From: Minisyncoccota bacterium
Lineage (GTDB): Bacteria > Patescibacteriota > Minisyncoccia > Minisyncoccales > JAGOPM01
Direction of reading: 5' to 3'
Length of the DNA: 64,000 nucleotides
Assembly: GCA_041651395.1 (NCBI GenBank)
Contig: JBAZJI010000001.1
Coordinates: 182,533-246,532, forward strand
Under the pieces are notes generated by a model. It was not told the origin of the DNA. It saw nothing but the letters and a program-made list of their open reading frames with translations, and ran no database searches. Below, one piece after another: positions 36,111-45,778 of the stretch. The position numbers and the translations under genes were made by a program. Position 1 is the first letter of the stretch, and every line of letters begins with the position of its first letter.

Positions 36111-36575
36111 ATGTCAGTAAAGGCATACATAAAATATATCAGGATAGCGCCCAGAAAAATGATGTTAATGGCTGATCTTATCCGCGGAAAATCAGTTATT
36201 GAAGCTGAGCGCATTTTGAGATTCAAAACCAATAGGACAGCACAGCCCATGCTTAAGCTTTTGCTTTCCGCTAAGGCTAATGCCAAGCATAATTTCCAAT
36301 TAGATCCCGACACCCTTTATATCTGCAAGCTTTGCGTGGACAAGGGTCCCACACTCAAAAGGAGTATGCCTCGTTCCCGCGGCACCGCTTTCCCGATTAT
36401 GAAGTTTACCTCCCATGTCAATATGGAACTAGGAACCAAGGAGGAAATCGCCCAGCAGCCGACGGGCGCCCGAGGGATTAAAGCTGCCAAGTTGGCTAAA
36501 GCCCAAGGCGCAGCCGAGGTCAAGGAAGCCAAAAAAGAGGCTCCCAAAAAAGTGAAAAAAGTATCTAAGAAATAA
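36111..36575 (+). CDS. rplV: 50S ribosomal protein L22 with C-terminal extension
   Basis: RIAPRK, ADLIRGK, SAKANA, GPTLKR. Confidence 0.95.
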   Translation: MSVKAYIKYIRIAPRKMMLMADLIRGKSVIEAERILRFKTNRTAQPMLKLLLSAKANAKHNFQLDPDTLYICKLCVDKGPTLKRSMPRSRGTAFPIMKFTSHVNMELGTKEEIAQQPTGARGIKAAKLAKAQGAAEVKEAKKEAPKKVKKVSKK

Positions 36576-36576
36576 T

Positions 36577-37221
36577 ATGGCGCACAAAGTCCACCCAAAA
36601 GTTTTCAGGATTAAAGGAATAGGCGATTGGTCTTCACGCTGGTTTGATGTGAAGAATTTCCCTAAGAATTTGGAAAGCGATATGCTTATCCGCGATTTTT
36701 TAGAAGAGAAATTGAAAGAAGCCGGCGTTCAAGGAATCGAAATTGAAAGATTCACCGACAAGATCAGGATTATCGTTAATACTGCCAGACCCGGTGTTAT
36801 TATCGGCCGCGCCGGCAAAGGTGCTGAAGATTTGAAGAAAGAATTGGAGAAAAAATTCGGCGGCAAGACCAAGAAACAGGAAATTAAATTGGAGATCCGC
36901 GAGATTAAGAATCCTTGGATTAATTCTACTTTCATTGCCCAATATATTGCGGGACAAATTGAGAGACGCGCCAAATTCCGCTCAGTTATGAAACAGGCCA
37001 TGAAAAAGGCCAGCCTCAATAAGGAAGTTAAGGGAATTAAGGTTGATGTGGCCGGAAGGCTTAACGGAGGCACTATTGCCCGCCGCGAGTGGCTTTCTCA
37101 GGGCCGGCTTCCCAGAACTTCTTTGCGTGCTGATATCGATTACGGTTTTGCCGAGGCTCATTGCACTTACGGTTTAATCGGGGTAAAGGTCTGGCTCTAC
37201 AAAGGAGATAAATTCGAATAA
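36577..37221 (+). CDS. rpsC: 30S ribosomal protein S3
   Basis: MAHKVHP, ARPGVIIGR, GRLNG, RADIDY. Confidence 0.96.
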   Translation: MAHKVHPKVFRIKGIGDWSSRWFDVKNFPKNLESDMLIRDFLEEKLKEAGVQGIEIERFTDKIRIIVNTARPGVIIGRAGKGAEDLKKELEKKFGGKTKKQEIKLEIREIKNPWINSTFIAQYIAGQIERRAKFRSVMKQAMKKASLNKEVKGIKVDVAGRLNGGTIARREWLSQGRLPRTSLRADIDYGFAEAHCTYGLIGVKVWLYKGDKFE

Positions 37222-37229
37222 ATACTATC

Positions 37230-37640
37230 ATGTCTTTATTGATGCCATCAAAAGTTAAATTCAGAAAGATGCAGAAGGGCCGCAACCGGGGTATTGCCCG
37301 CCGCGGCACTACTTTGTCTTTTGGCGCTTTCGGGATTAAATCCTTGGAGCACGGATACATTACTTCCAGGCAGTTGGAAGCCTCTAGACGCGTCATTTTG
37401 CGCTTCTTGAAAAAGGGCGGAAAAATGTGGATTAGGATTTTCCCTGCTAAGCCCATTACCACTAAAGGCGCGGAAATGCCTATGGGTGGAGGTAAGGGTG
37501 CGGTTGATCATTATGCTTTTCCTTGCCAGCCGGGCAGAGTAATTTTTGAGCTCGACGGTTTAACCGAGGCCGAAGCTAGAGAAGCTTTGACCAAAGCTGC
37601 GCACAAATTACCAGTGGCCGTTAAATTCATTTTGAAGTGA
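37230..37640 (+). CDS. rplP: 50S ribosomal protein L16
   Basis: KFRKMQKGR, WIRIFP, MGGGKG. Confidence 0.96.
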   Translation: MSLLMPSKVKFRKMQKGRNRGIARRGTTLSFGAFGIKSLEHGYITSRQLEASRRVILRFLKKGGKMWIRIFPAKPITTKGAEMPMGGGKGAVDHYAFPCQPGRVIFELDGLTEAEAREALTKAAHKLPVAVKFILK

Positions 37641-37641
37641 T

Positions 37642-37836
37642 ATGGATACCAAAGAATTAAAACAGAAAACGCATAAAGAATTGTTGGACATGCTCGCCGA
37701 GCAGCGCAAGAAAATTGAACAGATGCGCTTTGACATCGCTGCCGGAAAACTGAAAAAGACCCATGAGTACGGTTTAGCCCGTAAGACCGTGGCTAGAATT
37801 AAGACAATTCTGAAAATAAGCCAAAACAAGCAATAA
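37642..37836 (+). CDS. rpmC: 50S ribosomal protein L29
   Basis: Position; RKTVARIKTIL. Confidence 0.9.
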   Translation: MDTKELKQKTHKELLDMLAEQRKKIEQMRFDIAAGKLKKTHEYGLARKTVARIKTILKISQNKQ

Positions 37837-37837
37837 T

Positions 37838-38071
37838 ATGGCTAATAAGATTTTCAAAGGAATAGTAACTTCCAACAAGATGGCCAAAACCATCACCGTG
37901 GAAGTGGAAAGCATTAAACGCGATACCAAATACAGGAGGTCTTTCAAGAGCCACACCAAACTGCACGCTCATTGTGAGGATTCTGCCAAATACGGCGTGG
38001 GGCAGAGCGTGGCCATTACTCAGTGCCGGCCACTCTCTAAGACCAAGAAATTTATTGTCGTCGAAGGTTAA
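37838..38071 (+). CDS. rpsQ: 30S ribosomal protein S17
   Basis: GIVTSNKMAKTITV, RPLSKTK. Confidence 0.95.
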   Translation: MANKIFKGIVTSNKMAKTITVEVESIKRDTKYRRSFKSHTKLHAHCEDSAKYGVGQSVAITQCRPLSKTKKFIVVEG

Positions 38072-38087
38072 AGATTAAAACGATACC

Positions 38088-38456
38088 ATGATACAGACTA
38101 GATCAATGTTAATAGTTGCAGATAATACAGGCGCAAAAGTTGCCCAGTGTTTTCGCATCTTGGGCGGAACAAAACACCGCTATGCACAATTAGGCGATGT
38201 GATTGTTTGCGCAGTAAAAAAAGCTGAGCCGCGCAGATTAGTCAAGAAACATGACAAAGTGCGCGCCGTTATTGTCCGCCAAAAAAGGGCCTTCAAAAGG
38301 GCCGACGGGAGCTATGTCTCTTTTGATGACAACGCTGTTGTAATCATTGATGACAAAGGCCAGCCCAAGGGAGGTCGTATTTTTGGACCTATCCCGCGCG
38401 AAATTAAAGAAAAAGGCTTCGACGCAGTCGCAGCTTTGGCAAAAGAAATAGTATGA
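38088..38456 (+). CDS. rplN: 50S ribosomal protein L14
   Basis: MIQ..VADNTGAK, FDDNAVV, RIFGPI. Confidence 0.97.
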   Translation: MIQTRSMLIVADNTGAKVAQCFRILGGTKHRYAQLGDVIVCAVKKAEPRRLVKKHDKVRAVIVRQKRAFKRADGSYVSFDDNAVVIIDDKGQPKGGRIFGPIPREIKEKGFDAVAALAKEIV

Positions 38457-38779
38457 AGATAAAAAAAGGCGATAAAGTTTTAATAATTTCTGGCAAGTCC
38501 CGCGGAAAGCAGGGAAAGGTTCTGCAGGTTTTTCCAGAAAGAGAGAGGATTGTGGTAGAGGGTGCCAATATCGGCAAGAGGCACACTAAGCCCAAACAGC
38601 AAGGCGAAAAAGGGCAGACCATCGAGAGGCCGATGCCGTTGCATGTCAGCAATGCCAAATTAATTTGCCCTAAATGCAACGCGCCGGCCCGGATAGGTTA
38701 TCGGGTGAACACTGCAAAAGACGAAAAAGGTTCCAGGGTGAAAGTGCGCATCTGTAAAAAGTGCGGCAGCGAAGTTTAA
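38453..38779 (+). CDS. rplX: 50S ribosomal protein L24
   Basis: IKKGDKV..ISGK..GKQG KOW motif. Confidence 0.96.
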   Translation: MKIKKGDKVLIISGKSRGKQGKVLQVFPERERIVVEGANIGKRHTKPKQQGEKGQTIERPMPLHVSNAKLICPKCNAPARIGYRVNTAKDEKGSRVKVRICKKCGSEV

Positions 38780-38793
38780 TTTAGCTTATTATC

Positions 38794-39345
38794 ATGTTGC
38801 AGGAAATCTATAAAAAAGAGGTCATGGCCAAAATGCAAAAGGAACATGGTTTCAAAAACACCATGGCTATACCCAAAATAACGAAGGTGGTCATTAATAC
38901 CGGCTTTGGCAGGCAGGCAACCAGTTTGACTAAGGACCAGCTCAAGAGATTTGTGGAAACCGTGGAAAATGATGTTTCTGCCGTTACTGGTCAGAAGGCG
39001 GTTTTGACCCGCGCCCACAAATCAATTTCTAGTTTCAAATTGAGGCAGGGTTTGGTTATTGGCGCTAAAGTCACTTTACGTGGCAAGAGGATGTATGACT
39101 TCCTTGAACGCCTTGTTTATATTGCCTTGCCGCGCACCCGTGACTTCCGCGGAATAGATACTAAGAATGTCGACAAGAACGGCAACCTTTCCATCGGCAT
39201 TAAGGAGCACACGGTTTTCCCGGAAATTATTCAAGATAAGGAAAAGCAGATTTTAGGCATGGAAATTACGGTCGTAACCACTGCCAAAAATCATGATGAC
39301 GCTTTGACACTTCTTAAACTCATGGGATTCCCGTTCAAAAAATAA
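38794..39345 (+). CDS. rplE: 50S ribosomal protein L5
   Basis: PKITKVVIN, KVTLRG, LPRTRDFRG. Confidence 0.96.
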   Translation: MLQEIYKKEVMAKMQKEHGFKNTMAIPKITKVVINTGFGRQATSLTKDQLKRFVETVENDVSAVTGQKAVLTRAHKSISSFKLRQGLVIGAKVTLRGKRMYDFLERLVYIALPRTRDFRGIDTKNVDKNGNLSIGIKEHTVFPEIIQDKEKQILGMEITVVTTAKNHDDALTLLKLMGFPFKK

Positions 39346-39354
39346 AGAACTACC

Positions 39355-39540
39355 ATGGCAGTTGCAGCACAAATCGCAAAATCAAAAAAGAAACCCAAGT
39401 ATTCAACCCGCCAGTCGCGCCGCTGTTTTAGGTGCGGGCGCAAGCACGCCTACATGAGGGCCTTCGGCCTTTGCAGGATTTGCTTCCGCGAAATGGCCAA
39501 TAAAGGTTTGATACCCGGAGTGAAAAAATCAAGCTGGTAA
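39355..39540 (+). CDS. rpsN: 30S ribosomal protein S14, Zn-binding type Z
   Basis: RCFRCGR...LCRICFRE, 61 aa. Confidence 0.95.
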   Translation: MAVAAQIAKSKKKPKYSTRQSRRCFRCGRKHAYMRAFGLCRICFREMANKGLIPGVKKSSW

Positions 39541-39544
39541 AAAT

Positions 39545-39931
39545 ATGGACCCAATCGTTGATATGTTGAATAGGATCCGCAATGCCCAAGCTTCCGCCAA
39601 GGAGGTCGTGGACATTCCGCAATCCCGAATAAAATATGAAATCGCCCAAGTACTCGAAAAGTACGGATTTGTCGGCAAGATCGAAAGGTCCGGCCGCAAG
39701 GGCAAGAAGCTGATGCATGTTTCCCTTATTTATCGCGAAGGACAGCCCGCTGTTAGCGGTATCAAGCGTGTCAGCCGCCAAGGACAGAGGATTTATTCTG
39801 CCTACACCCAGCTCAAAGCGATTAAGGGTGGCAAGGGGATTTCTATAATTTCCACCTCCAAAGGTATTATGAGCAATGTCGAGGCCCGCAAGCAAAAGGT
39901 CGGAGGGGAAGTGTTAGCGGAAGTTTGGTAA
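39545..39931 (+). CDS. rpsH: 30S ribosomal protein S8
   Basis: DPIVDMLNRIRNA, STSKGIM, GGEV. Confidence 0.96.
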   Translation: MDPIVDMLNRIRNAQASAKEVVDIPQSRIKYEIAQVLEKYGFVGKIERSGRKGKKLMHVSLIYREGQPAVSGIKRVSRQGQRIYSAYTQLKAIKGGKGISIISTSKGIMSNVEARKQKVGGEVLAEVW

Positions 39932-39947
39932 TTAAAGAAACAATAAT

Positions 39948-40490
39948 ATGTCTCGTATAGGAAAAAAACCAATACAGATTCCTACGGGGGTCGAAGTCAA
40001 AGTTGACGGCTCCAAGGTTTTTGTCAAAGGAACAAAAGGGCAGCTTGAAATGACAGCGCACCCTTCCATTGAAGTTAAATTGGAGGGCACTTGTGTTACT
40101 TTCACTCCGAAATTTGAAGATAAAGATACCAGGGCTTTGTGGGGTTTAACCCGCGCCTTGGTGCAAAATATGATTAACGGCGTGACCACCGGCTATGAGA
40201 AGCGTTTGGAAATACAGGGTATCGGTTATGGCGCCACGGTGGAGGGCGGGAACCTCGTACTTAAGGTGGGTTACACCCACCCGGTGAAGATTGTTAAAGA
40301 GCAGGGAATCGATTTCAAAGTGGAAAAGAATATCGTTATTGTAAGCGGTATCGACAAGGAAAAAGTCGGCAATATTGCAGCGAAGATCCGCGCCACTCGC
40401 AAGCCCGAACCATATTTGGGCAAGGGTATTCGTTACCAAGGCGAGGTGGTTCGCAAGAAATTGGGTAAGAAAGCTGCCAAAGCCGCATAA
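39948..40490 (+). CDS. rplF: 50S ribosomal protein L6
   Basis: MSRIGKKPI, PEPYLGKGIRY. Confidence 0.97.
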   Translation: MSRIGKKPIQIPTGVEVKVDGSKVFVKGTKGQLEMTAHPSIEVKLEGTCVTFTPKFEDKDTRALWGLTRALVQNMINGVTTGYEKRLEIQGIGYGATVEGGNLVLKVGYTHPVKIVKEQGIDFKVEKNIVIVSGIDKEKVGNIAAKIRATRKPEPYLGKGIRYQGEVVRKKLGKKAAKAA

Positions 40491-40507
40491 TCTAACTGAC
40501 TAATACC

Positions 40508-40849
40508 ATGCAAAAGACACAGGAAAAAAGAATACGCAGGCATGTGCGCATCCGCGCCAAAGTCCAGGGAACTGCAGAGTGCCCCAGACTTTGCGTCTTC
40601 CGCTCCAATAAGCATATTTATGCCCAATTGATAAATGATCAGACCGGCAAGATAATCGCCTCCAGTAGCGACTTAAAAGATGCCAAGGGTAAGAAGATGG
40701 AGAGGGCTTCAGAAATCGGAAAAGCTATTGCCGAGCTCGCCAAGAAACAGAAAATCGAAAAAGTCGTTTTTGATCGTGGGGGCAACAGGTATCATGGCCG
40801 GGTTAAGGCCTTGGCCGAAAGCGCCCGCCAAGCCGGCTTAAAATTCTAA
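40508..40849 (+). CDS. rplR: 50S ribosomal protein L18
   Basis: [26 protein letters not shown]. Confidence 0.96.
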   Translation: MQKTQEKRIRRHVRIRAKVQGTAECPRLCVFRSNKHIYAQLINDQTGKIIASSSDLKDAKGKKMERASEIGKAIAELAKKQKIEKVVFDRGGNRYHGRVKALAESARQAGLKF

Positions 40850-40859
40850 TCGAAATATC

Positions 40860-41633
40860 ATGGAACAGGACAATACTCAACAACAAAATAACGTCCCTCA
40901 AGCTCCAGCCCCACAAGCAGCGGCCGCTCCACAGGGAGCCAGACAGCAACGCGGTTTTGGCGGCCCAAGACAAGGCGGTTTTAATCGCGGTCCCGGTGGA
41001 CAAGGAGGACCTGGCAGAGGCGGCTTTGGCGGAGGACGCGGCGGTTTTAATCGTGGCGGCCGGCCGGGCGAAGGGGGTTTTGGCGGCAAACCAGGATTCC
41101 GGAGGGGTTTTGGCGGCCCGAGGGGCGACAAACCGGAAAAACTTTACGATTCGAAAACTATCGAAATTTCCCGCGTGACCCGTGTGACTGGTGGCGGTAA
41201 GAAAATGAGCTTCCGCTCCATTGTGGTTATCGGAGATAAAAATGGCAAGGTTGGTTTGGGTGTGGCCAAGGGTAAAGATGTGGCCATGGCCAACGAGAAA
41301 GCCGGCCGTTATGCTAAGCGCGCTATGATTATTGTGCCCATTGTTAATGGTACGATTCCCCATGAAGTGCGCAGTCGCGCCGGCGCTTCAGAAATAATTT
41401 TGAAACCGCAAACCCAAGGCCGCGGTATCGTGGCTGGTGGGGCTGCCAGAGTTATTTTTTCCATGGCCGGATACAAAAATGTTACGGCCAAGTATTTGGG
41501 CAATACCAAGAATAAGCTTAATAACGCGAGAGCAGCTTTCTTGGCGCTTTCCAAATTGAAAATGAATAAGAAAAAAGGCGAAGCCAAAGACCAATTGGCC
41601 GTGGCTAAGCCCAGTGACCAAATTCAAGAATAA
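40860..41633 (+). CDS. rpsE: 30S ribosomal protein S5 with long Gln/Arg/Gly/Phe-rich N-terminal extension
   Basis: RVTRVTGGGK, VVIGDKNGKVG, GTIPHEV core; about 95 aa low-complexity N-terminus. Confidence 0.95.
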   Translation: MEQDNTQQQNNVPQAPAPQAAAAPQGARQQRGFGGPRQGGFNRGPGGQGGPGRGGFGGGRGGFNRGGRPGEGGFGGKPGFRRGFGGPRGDKPEKLYDSKTIEISRVTRVTGGGKKMSFRSIVVIGDKNGKVGLGVAKGKDVAMANEKAGRYAKRAMIIVPIVNGTIPHEVRSRAGASEIILKPQTQGRGIVAGGAARVIFSMAGYKNVTAKYLGNTKNKLNNARAAFLALSKLKMNKKKGEAKDQLAVAKPSDQIQE

Positions 41634-41637
41634 AGGT

Positions 41638-42213
41638 ATGCAGACACACCAACTGAGCACAACCAATAATAGGGATAAGAAACGTATTGCTCGCGGAGGC
41701 GCCCATGGCGTTTTCTCCGGTCGAGGAGCTAAGGGTCAGCGTTCACGCGCGGGCCGCAACTTCCAGCCGATTATCAGGCAATTCGTTAAACGTTATCCCA
41801 AGAAGCGCGGTTATCGCTTTGAGGTTATTGAACTCAAGCCGATAATTTTGGAATTAGAGGCCGTGGCCAAGAAATTCCAAGCCAATGAAATTGTCAGCCC
41901 CAGCACTTTGTGCGAAAAGGGTTTGATTTCCATTTGGCATGGTTATTATCCGGAAGTTAAAATTTTGGGAACCTGCAAGCTCGACAAAGTTTTGAAGGTT
42001 TCCGGCGTTAAGATTTCCAATTCTGCCCGCAAGTGCATTGAAGAAGCCGGCGGGAGGGCCATTTATATCGCTAAAGCAAAACCGGCAGGCAAGAAAAAGA
42101 AAGGTAAGCCGGCTAAACCCGCCAAGGAAGTTAAGGAGGTTAAGGAAAACAAGGAAGAAACTCCTAAAAAGGAGGCTCCTGCCAAAAAAGCGGAGAAGAA
42201 AACCGCAAAGTAA
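41638..42213 (+). CDS. rplO: 50S ribosomal protein L15 with Lys/Glu-rich tail
   Basis: KRIARGG..SGRGAKGQRSRAG, PKKRG; start at ATG 41638. Confidence 0.92.
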   Translation: MQTHQLSTTNNRDKKRIARGGAHGVFSGRGAKGQRSRAGRNFQPIIRQFVKRYPKKRGYRFEVIELKPIILELEAVAKKFQANEIVSPSTLCEKGLISIWHGYYPEVKILGTCKLDKVLKVSGVKISNSARKCIEEAGGRAIYIAKAKPAGKKKKGKPAKPAKEVKEVKENKEETPKKEAPAKKAEKKTAK

Positions 42214-42264
42214 GCGCGCCTGCCCGTTTTCCAAACGGGCTAAGGCATATTATAATAGCTTATT

Positions 42265-43599
42265 ATGATCGGACACATTACACAAATATTCAAAACCAAG
42301 GATTTACGCAACAAATTTATTTTTGTGCTCGCTATGATGGCCATTTTCCGCCTGATGGCAAGCATTCCTGTTCCGGGAGTTGATATCTCTTTAATTACTA
42401 AGTTTTTTGCCAGCGGTCAGAATAGCGCGTTCGGATTTTTGAACATGATTTTGGGCGGAGGCTTGGAAAATCTTTCCTTGGTCATGTTAGGTATGGGCCC
42501 TTATATTACGGCCAGCATTATTTTCCAGCTTTTGGGCATGATTATCCCTTCCATTGAGGAAATGATGAAAGAAGGCGGGGAAGCAGGCCGCAAGACCATC
42601 AATCAGTGGAGCCGTTTGGCCACCGTGCCTTTGGCGCTCTTGCAGGGTTGGGCCATGATAAAACTTTTCCAAACCCAAGGCTTGATACCCAATTTGCCGC
42701 TTTCGGTTTTAATCAGCGCCTTGATTTCTATTGCCGCGGGTTCGGTTGTGGTTATGTTTTTGGGCGAGTTAATTTCTGAAAAGGGCATTGGCGACGGTGT
42801 ATCTTTGTTGATTTTTGCCGGTATCGTTTCCCGTTTGCCAAATGGCATTTACAATCAGATAATACTTTTTGATGCTTCGAATTTGAGCAGCATTCTGAAC
42901 ATGGCGGTTTTTGCCCTTATCTCTATTGCCATGATCGGCTTGGTTGTTTCTATTAATGAAGCCCGCCGCAATATCACGGTTTCCTATGCCAAGCAGGTCA
43001 GGGGGAATAAAATGTTTGGCGGCGTAACTACTTATTTGCCTTTATCCGTTAACCCGACTGGCGTTATCCCGGTTATTTTTGCCGTTTCTTTTATGGTTAT
43101 CCCCGGGGCTATTTTCCAGCTTTTGGCGCGCATTCCCTCCATGAAAGGTTTAGAGGGCGTTTCAGAATTTTTCGCTAGAACCTTTACGTCTTTTCCGTAC
43201 TGGGGGCCGATTCCCGGCGCAGTTTGGGGTGCGGGGCTTTATGATTTGATTTATTTCTTGTTGGTATTTTTCTTCACTTATTTTTATGCGGCCGTGGTTT
43301 TTAATCCCAAGGATATTGCCGACAATTTGCAAAAAACCGGCGGTTTTGTGCCCGGTATCAGGCCCGGCGAAAATACGGCTAAATACATCGACACTACGCT
43401 TAACAGGCTTTTATTGGTGGGCGCCGCTTTCTTGGGCTTTATTGCTATCGCCCCTTCCATTGTGGGCTCTTTGACCCAAATCCAAGGTTTTGACTTTTTG
43501 GTCGGTGGCACTTCGCTGCTCATCGTGGTATCCGTGGTTATGGATACAATCAAGAAGGTCAATGCCCAATTACAGATGAGAGATTACGAAACTATTTGA
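42265..43599 (+). CDS. secY: Preprotein translocase subunit SecY
   Basis: IPVPG, LGMGPYITASII, GIGDGVSLLIFAGI, GVIPVIFA, PGIRPG, GGTSLLIVV. Confidence 0.97.
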   Translation: MIGHITQIFKTKDLRNKFIFVLAMMAIFRLMASIPVPGVDISLITKFFASGQNSAFGFLNMILGGGLENLSLVMLGMGPYITASIIFQLLGMIIPSIEEMMKEGGEAGRKTINQWSRLATVPLALLQGWAMIKLFQTQGLIPNLPLSVLISALISIAAGSVVVMFLGELISEKGIGDGVSLLIFAGIVSRLPNGIYNQIILFDASNLSSILNMAVFALISIAMIGLVVSINEARRNITVSYAKQVRGNKMFGGVTTYLPLSVNPTGVIPVIFAVSFMVIPGAIFQLLARIPSMKGLEGVSEFFARTFTSFPYWGPIPGAVWGAGLYDLIYFLLVFFFTYFYAAVVFNPKDIADNLQKTGGFVPGIRPGENTAKYIDTTLNRLLLVGAAFLGFIAIAPSIVGSLTQIQGFDFLVGGTSLLIVVSVVMDTIKKVNAQLQMRDYETI

Positions 43600-43604
43600 G
43601 AATT

Positions 43605-43637
43605 AAAAAAATCCCCGCCCTCCGGCGGGGATTTTTT
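43605..43637 (+). terminator. Terminator ending the spc/secY transcript
   Basis: AAAAAAATCCCCGCC-CTCC-GGCGGGGATTTTTT. Confidence 0.8.
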
Positions 43638-43699
43638 ATTGACTGGAGGAATGTTCTCCCCTATATTGTGGGTGGACCATTAAAAAAAGGAGGGTTCTG

Positions 43700-44238
43700 A
43701 TGGTGCGAAAATATTTTAGCTGTGAACCGTTTGTGTCTGGCCTCTTTGAGCGCGTGGAGGCCCAAGCTGCCGCCGATTGCCAATCCCAAAGCAAAATTGA
43801 ATCATTGACTTTTAAGATTGGCGAGGCTTTGGAAAGTGATTTACAAGGTTTTTTTCCCAGGCCATGCAAACGGCTAAGGAATTGCCTGAGTTGCGCGTTG
43901 ATACCTTCAAGACATTTTATGAGAGGGTAAAAGACCCGACCAGCCAGCAAGAGTCCGAGGAATTCCGGGATGCGTATCTGGCGCAGATGCAGTATATTTT
44001 TGTGCCTGGCCCCAAAGCCGATACCGTTGAATTTCAAATCACGGGCGTTCATGCTTATTCGGGCAGTTGCCGCTTGACTGTGGAAGCGATTTTCCGGAGC
44101 CAGGATCTGCCGGTTTTAAGGACGAGCCTTTGGTTGGCCAATGACGAGCATTGGGCGAATTTCCACTCGCTGATAAATTTGGCTTGTAACAAAATTATTC
44201 TCGACTCGGCCGCTTGCTATTCGCAGATGAGCCGTTAG
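43700..44238 (+). pseudogene. SD-led hypothetical gene split by a -1 frameshift at a T7 tract (fused product 179 aa)
   Basis: AAGGAGG 43687-43693, ATG 43700; frame 0 stops at 43930; the -1 frame is open 43840-44238; T run at 43849-43855. Confidence 0.65.
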
Positions 44239-44309
44239 CCGCCTTTAGGGCGGCTTTTATTTGATCAGGGTTTTGCCATTGGCAAAAGTGTGTTATTCTG
44301 GGTAAAGGT

Positions 44310-45008
44310 ATGGAGAAGGAAAAATTTATAATACTCATTGGCCCGCCGGGTTCGGGCAAAGGCACGCAGGCCACGCTTTTATCTGAGCGTTTAGGCTTAT
44401 ATCTTTTTGAAACTTCTAAGATTTTGGAAGATTGGTTTGCCAAATCACGCGACGATGATTTTGTGGAAGCTGATGGCCAGAAATTTTACGCCAAGGCCGA
44501 AAAAGAAATGCGCTCCCAGGGCATCTTGTGCAGCCCGCCTTTTGTCACTAAACTGGTGCACGACAAGATTGAGCAACTTTTTAATGAAGGCAAAGGCGTT
44601 ATTACTTCGGGCAGCCCGCGCACACTCTATGAAGGCGAAAAGCTCGTGCCGTTTTTAGAAAAGCTTTATGGCCGGGAAAATATTTGGGTTTGTGTTTTAG
44701 ATCAGGATGTCGAAACCTCAATTTTCCGCAACAGCCACAGGCGTATTTGCGAACTAATGCGCCATTCAATTTTACATTCCGAGGAATTTGAAAAGCTAGA
44801 ATATTGCCCGATTGACGGCAGTAAACTTGTAAAAAGAGTAGGAGTAGGGGACGATCCGGAGCATATCAGGGTGCGTTATTCTCAGTATAAAGAGCGCACG
44901 GAGCCCTTGGTGGGATTTTTCCAAAAAGAAGGTTTGAAGGTTAAAATATTTTCCGGAGAAAATACGCCCGCCAAACTTTTTGATGAATTATTAGGATTTT
45001 TGTCATGA
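44310..45008 (+). CDS. adk: Adenylate kinase
   Basis: GPPGSGKGTQA, GSPR, RRIC lid; secY-adk-map context. Confidence 0.88.
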   Translation: MEKEKFIILIGPPGSGKGTQATLLSERLGLYLFETSKILEDWFAKSRDDDFVEADGQKFYAKAEKEMRSQGILCSPPFVTKLVHDKIEQLFNEGKGVITSGSPRTLYEGEKLVPFLEKLYGRENIWVCVLDQDVETSIFRNSHRRICELMRHSILHSEEFEKLEYCPIDGSKLVKRVGVGDDPEHIRVRYSQYKERTEPLVGFFQKEGLKVKIFSGENTPAKLFDELLGFLS

Positions 45009-45751
45009 TTATTTTGAAGACTAAAGAGGAAATAGAAATAATGCGCGAAGGCGGCAAGCTGCTTTCCGCTATTTTGCAGGAACTGGCTAAAATGGTTAAG
45101 CCGGGAATTTTGGATACTGAAATCGAAGAAGCTTGCGCCAAACTTCTTTTGCAGAATGGGCTTAAAAGCAATTTCAAGGATTATGGCGGCTTTCCTAATG
45201 TGACCTGTATTTCTATTAATGATGTGGTGGTGCACGGAATCGCCAATGGCACCGTCTTAAAAGACGGTGATCTCCTGTCACTGGACTGCGGAGCGATTTA
45301 TAAAGGCTACAATACTGATATGGCCATCAGCTTGGTTGTGGGGCACCCGGATTATGAGGCGCAACGTTTGTGCAAAGTTGCTAAAGAATCTTTGAAGCTA
45401 GGTATCAGAACAGCCGTGCCGGGTAATACTTTTGGTGACATTGGATATGAAATCCAAAAGTATGTCGAGGCGCAAGGCTTCTCAGTGGTGCGCGATTTGT
45501 GTGGACATGGGATTGGCAAAGAGCTCCACGAGGATCCGCAAATCCTTAATTATGGCAAAAAGGGGACGGGCCAAGTTATTAAAAAAGGAATGGTTTTTTG
45601 TATTGAGCCGATGATTACTAATGGCGATTGGGAAATTAAAAAAGGCCTCGACGGTTTTTCTTATAAGACAGTTGACGGCTCATTGGCTTCTCATTTTGAG
45701 CATATGGTAGCCATTACAGATAATGGCCCAGAGGCTTTAACTTATTCATAA
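45005..45751 (+). CDS. map: Methionine aminopeptidase type I
   Basis: CISINDVVVHG, LDCG, TDMA, GHGIG..LHEDP, IEPM, SHFEH. Confidence 0.96.
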   Translation: MIILKTKEEIEIMREGGKLLSAILQELAKMVKPGILDTEIEEACAKLLLQNGLKSNFKDYGGFPNVTCISINDVVVHGIANGTVLKDGDLLSLDCGAIYKGYNTDMAISLVVGHPDYEAQRLCKVAKESLKLGIRTAVPGNTFGDIGYEIQKYVEAQGFSVVRDLCGHGIGKELHEDPQILNYGKKGTGQVIKKGMVFCIEPMITNGDWEIKKGLDGFSYKTVDGSLASHFEHMVAITDNGPEALTYS

Positions 45752-45778
45752 ATCATAATATAATTAAACAGACAAAAT

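Noticed and set aside
41633-41638. No rpmD (L30) between rpsE and rplO
   Set aside because: Established hallmark of CPR bacteria; used for taxonomy only
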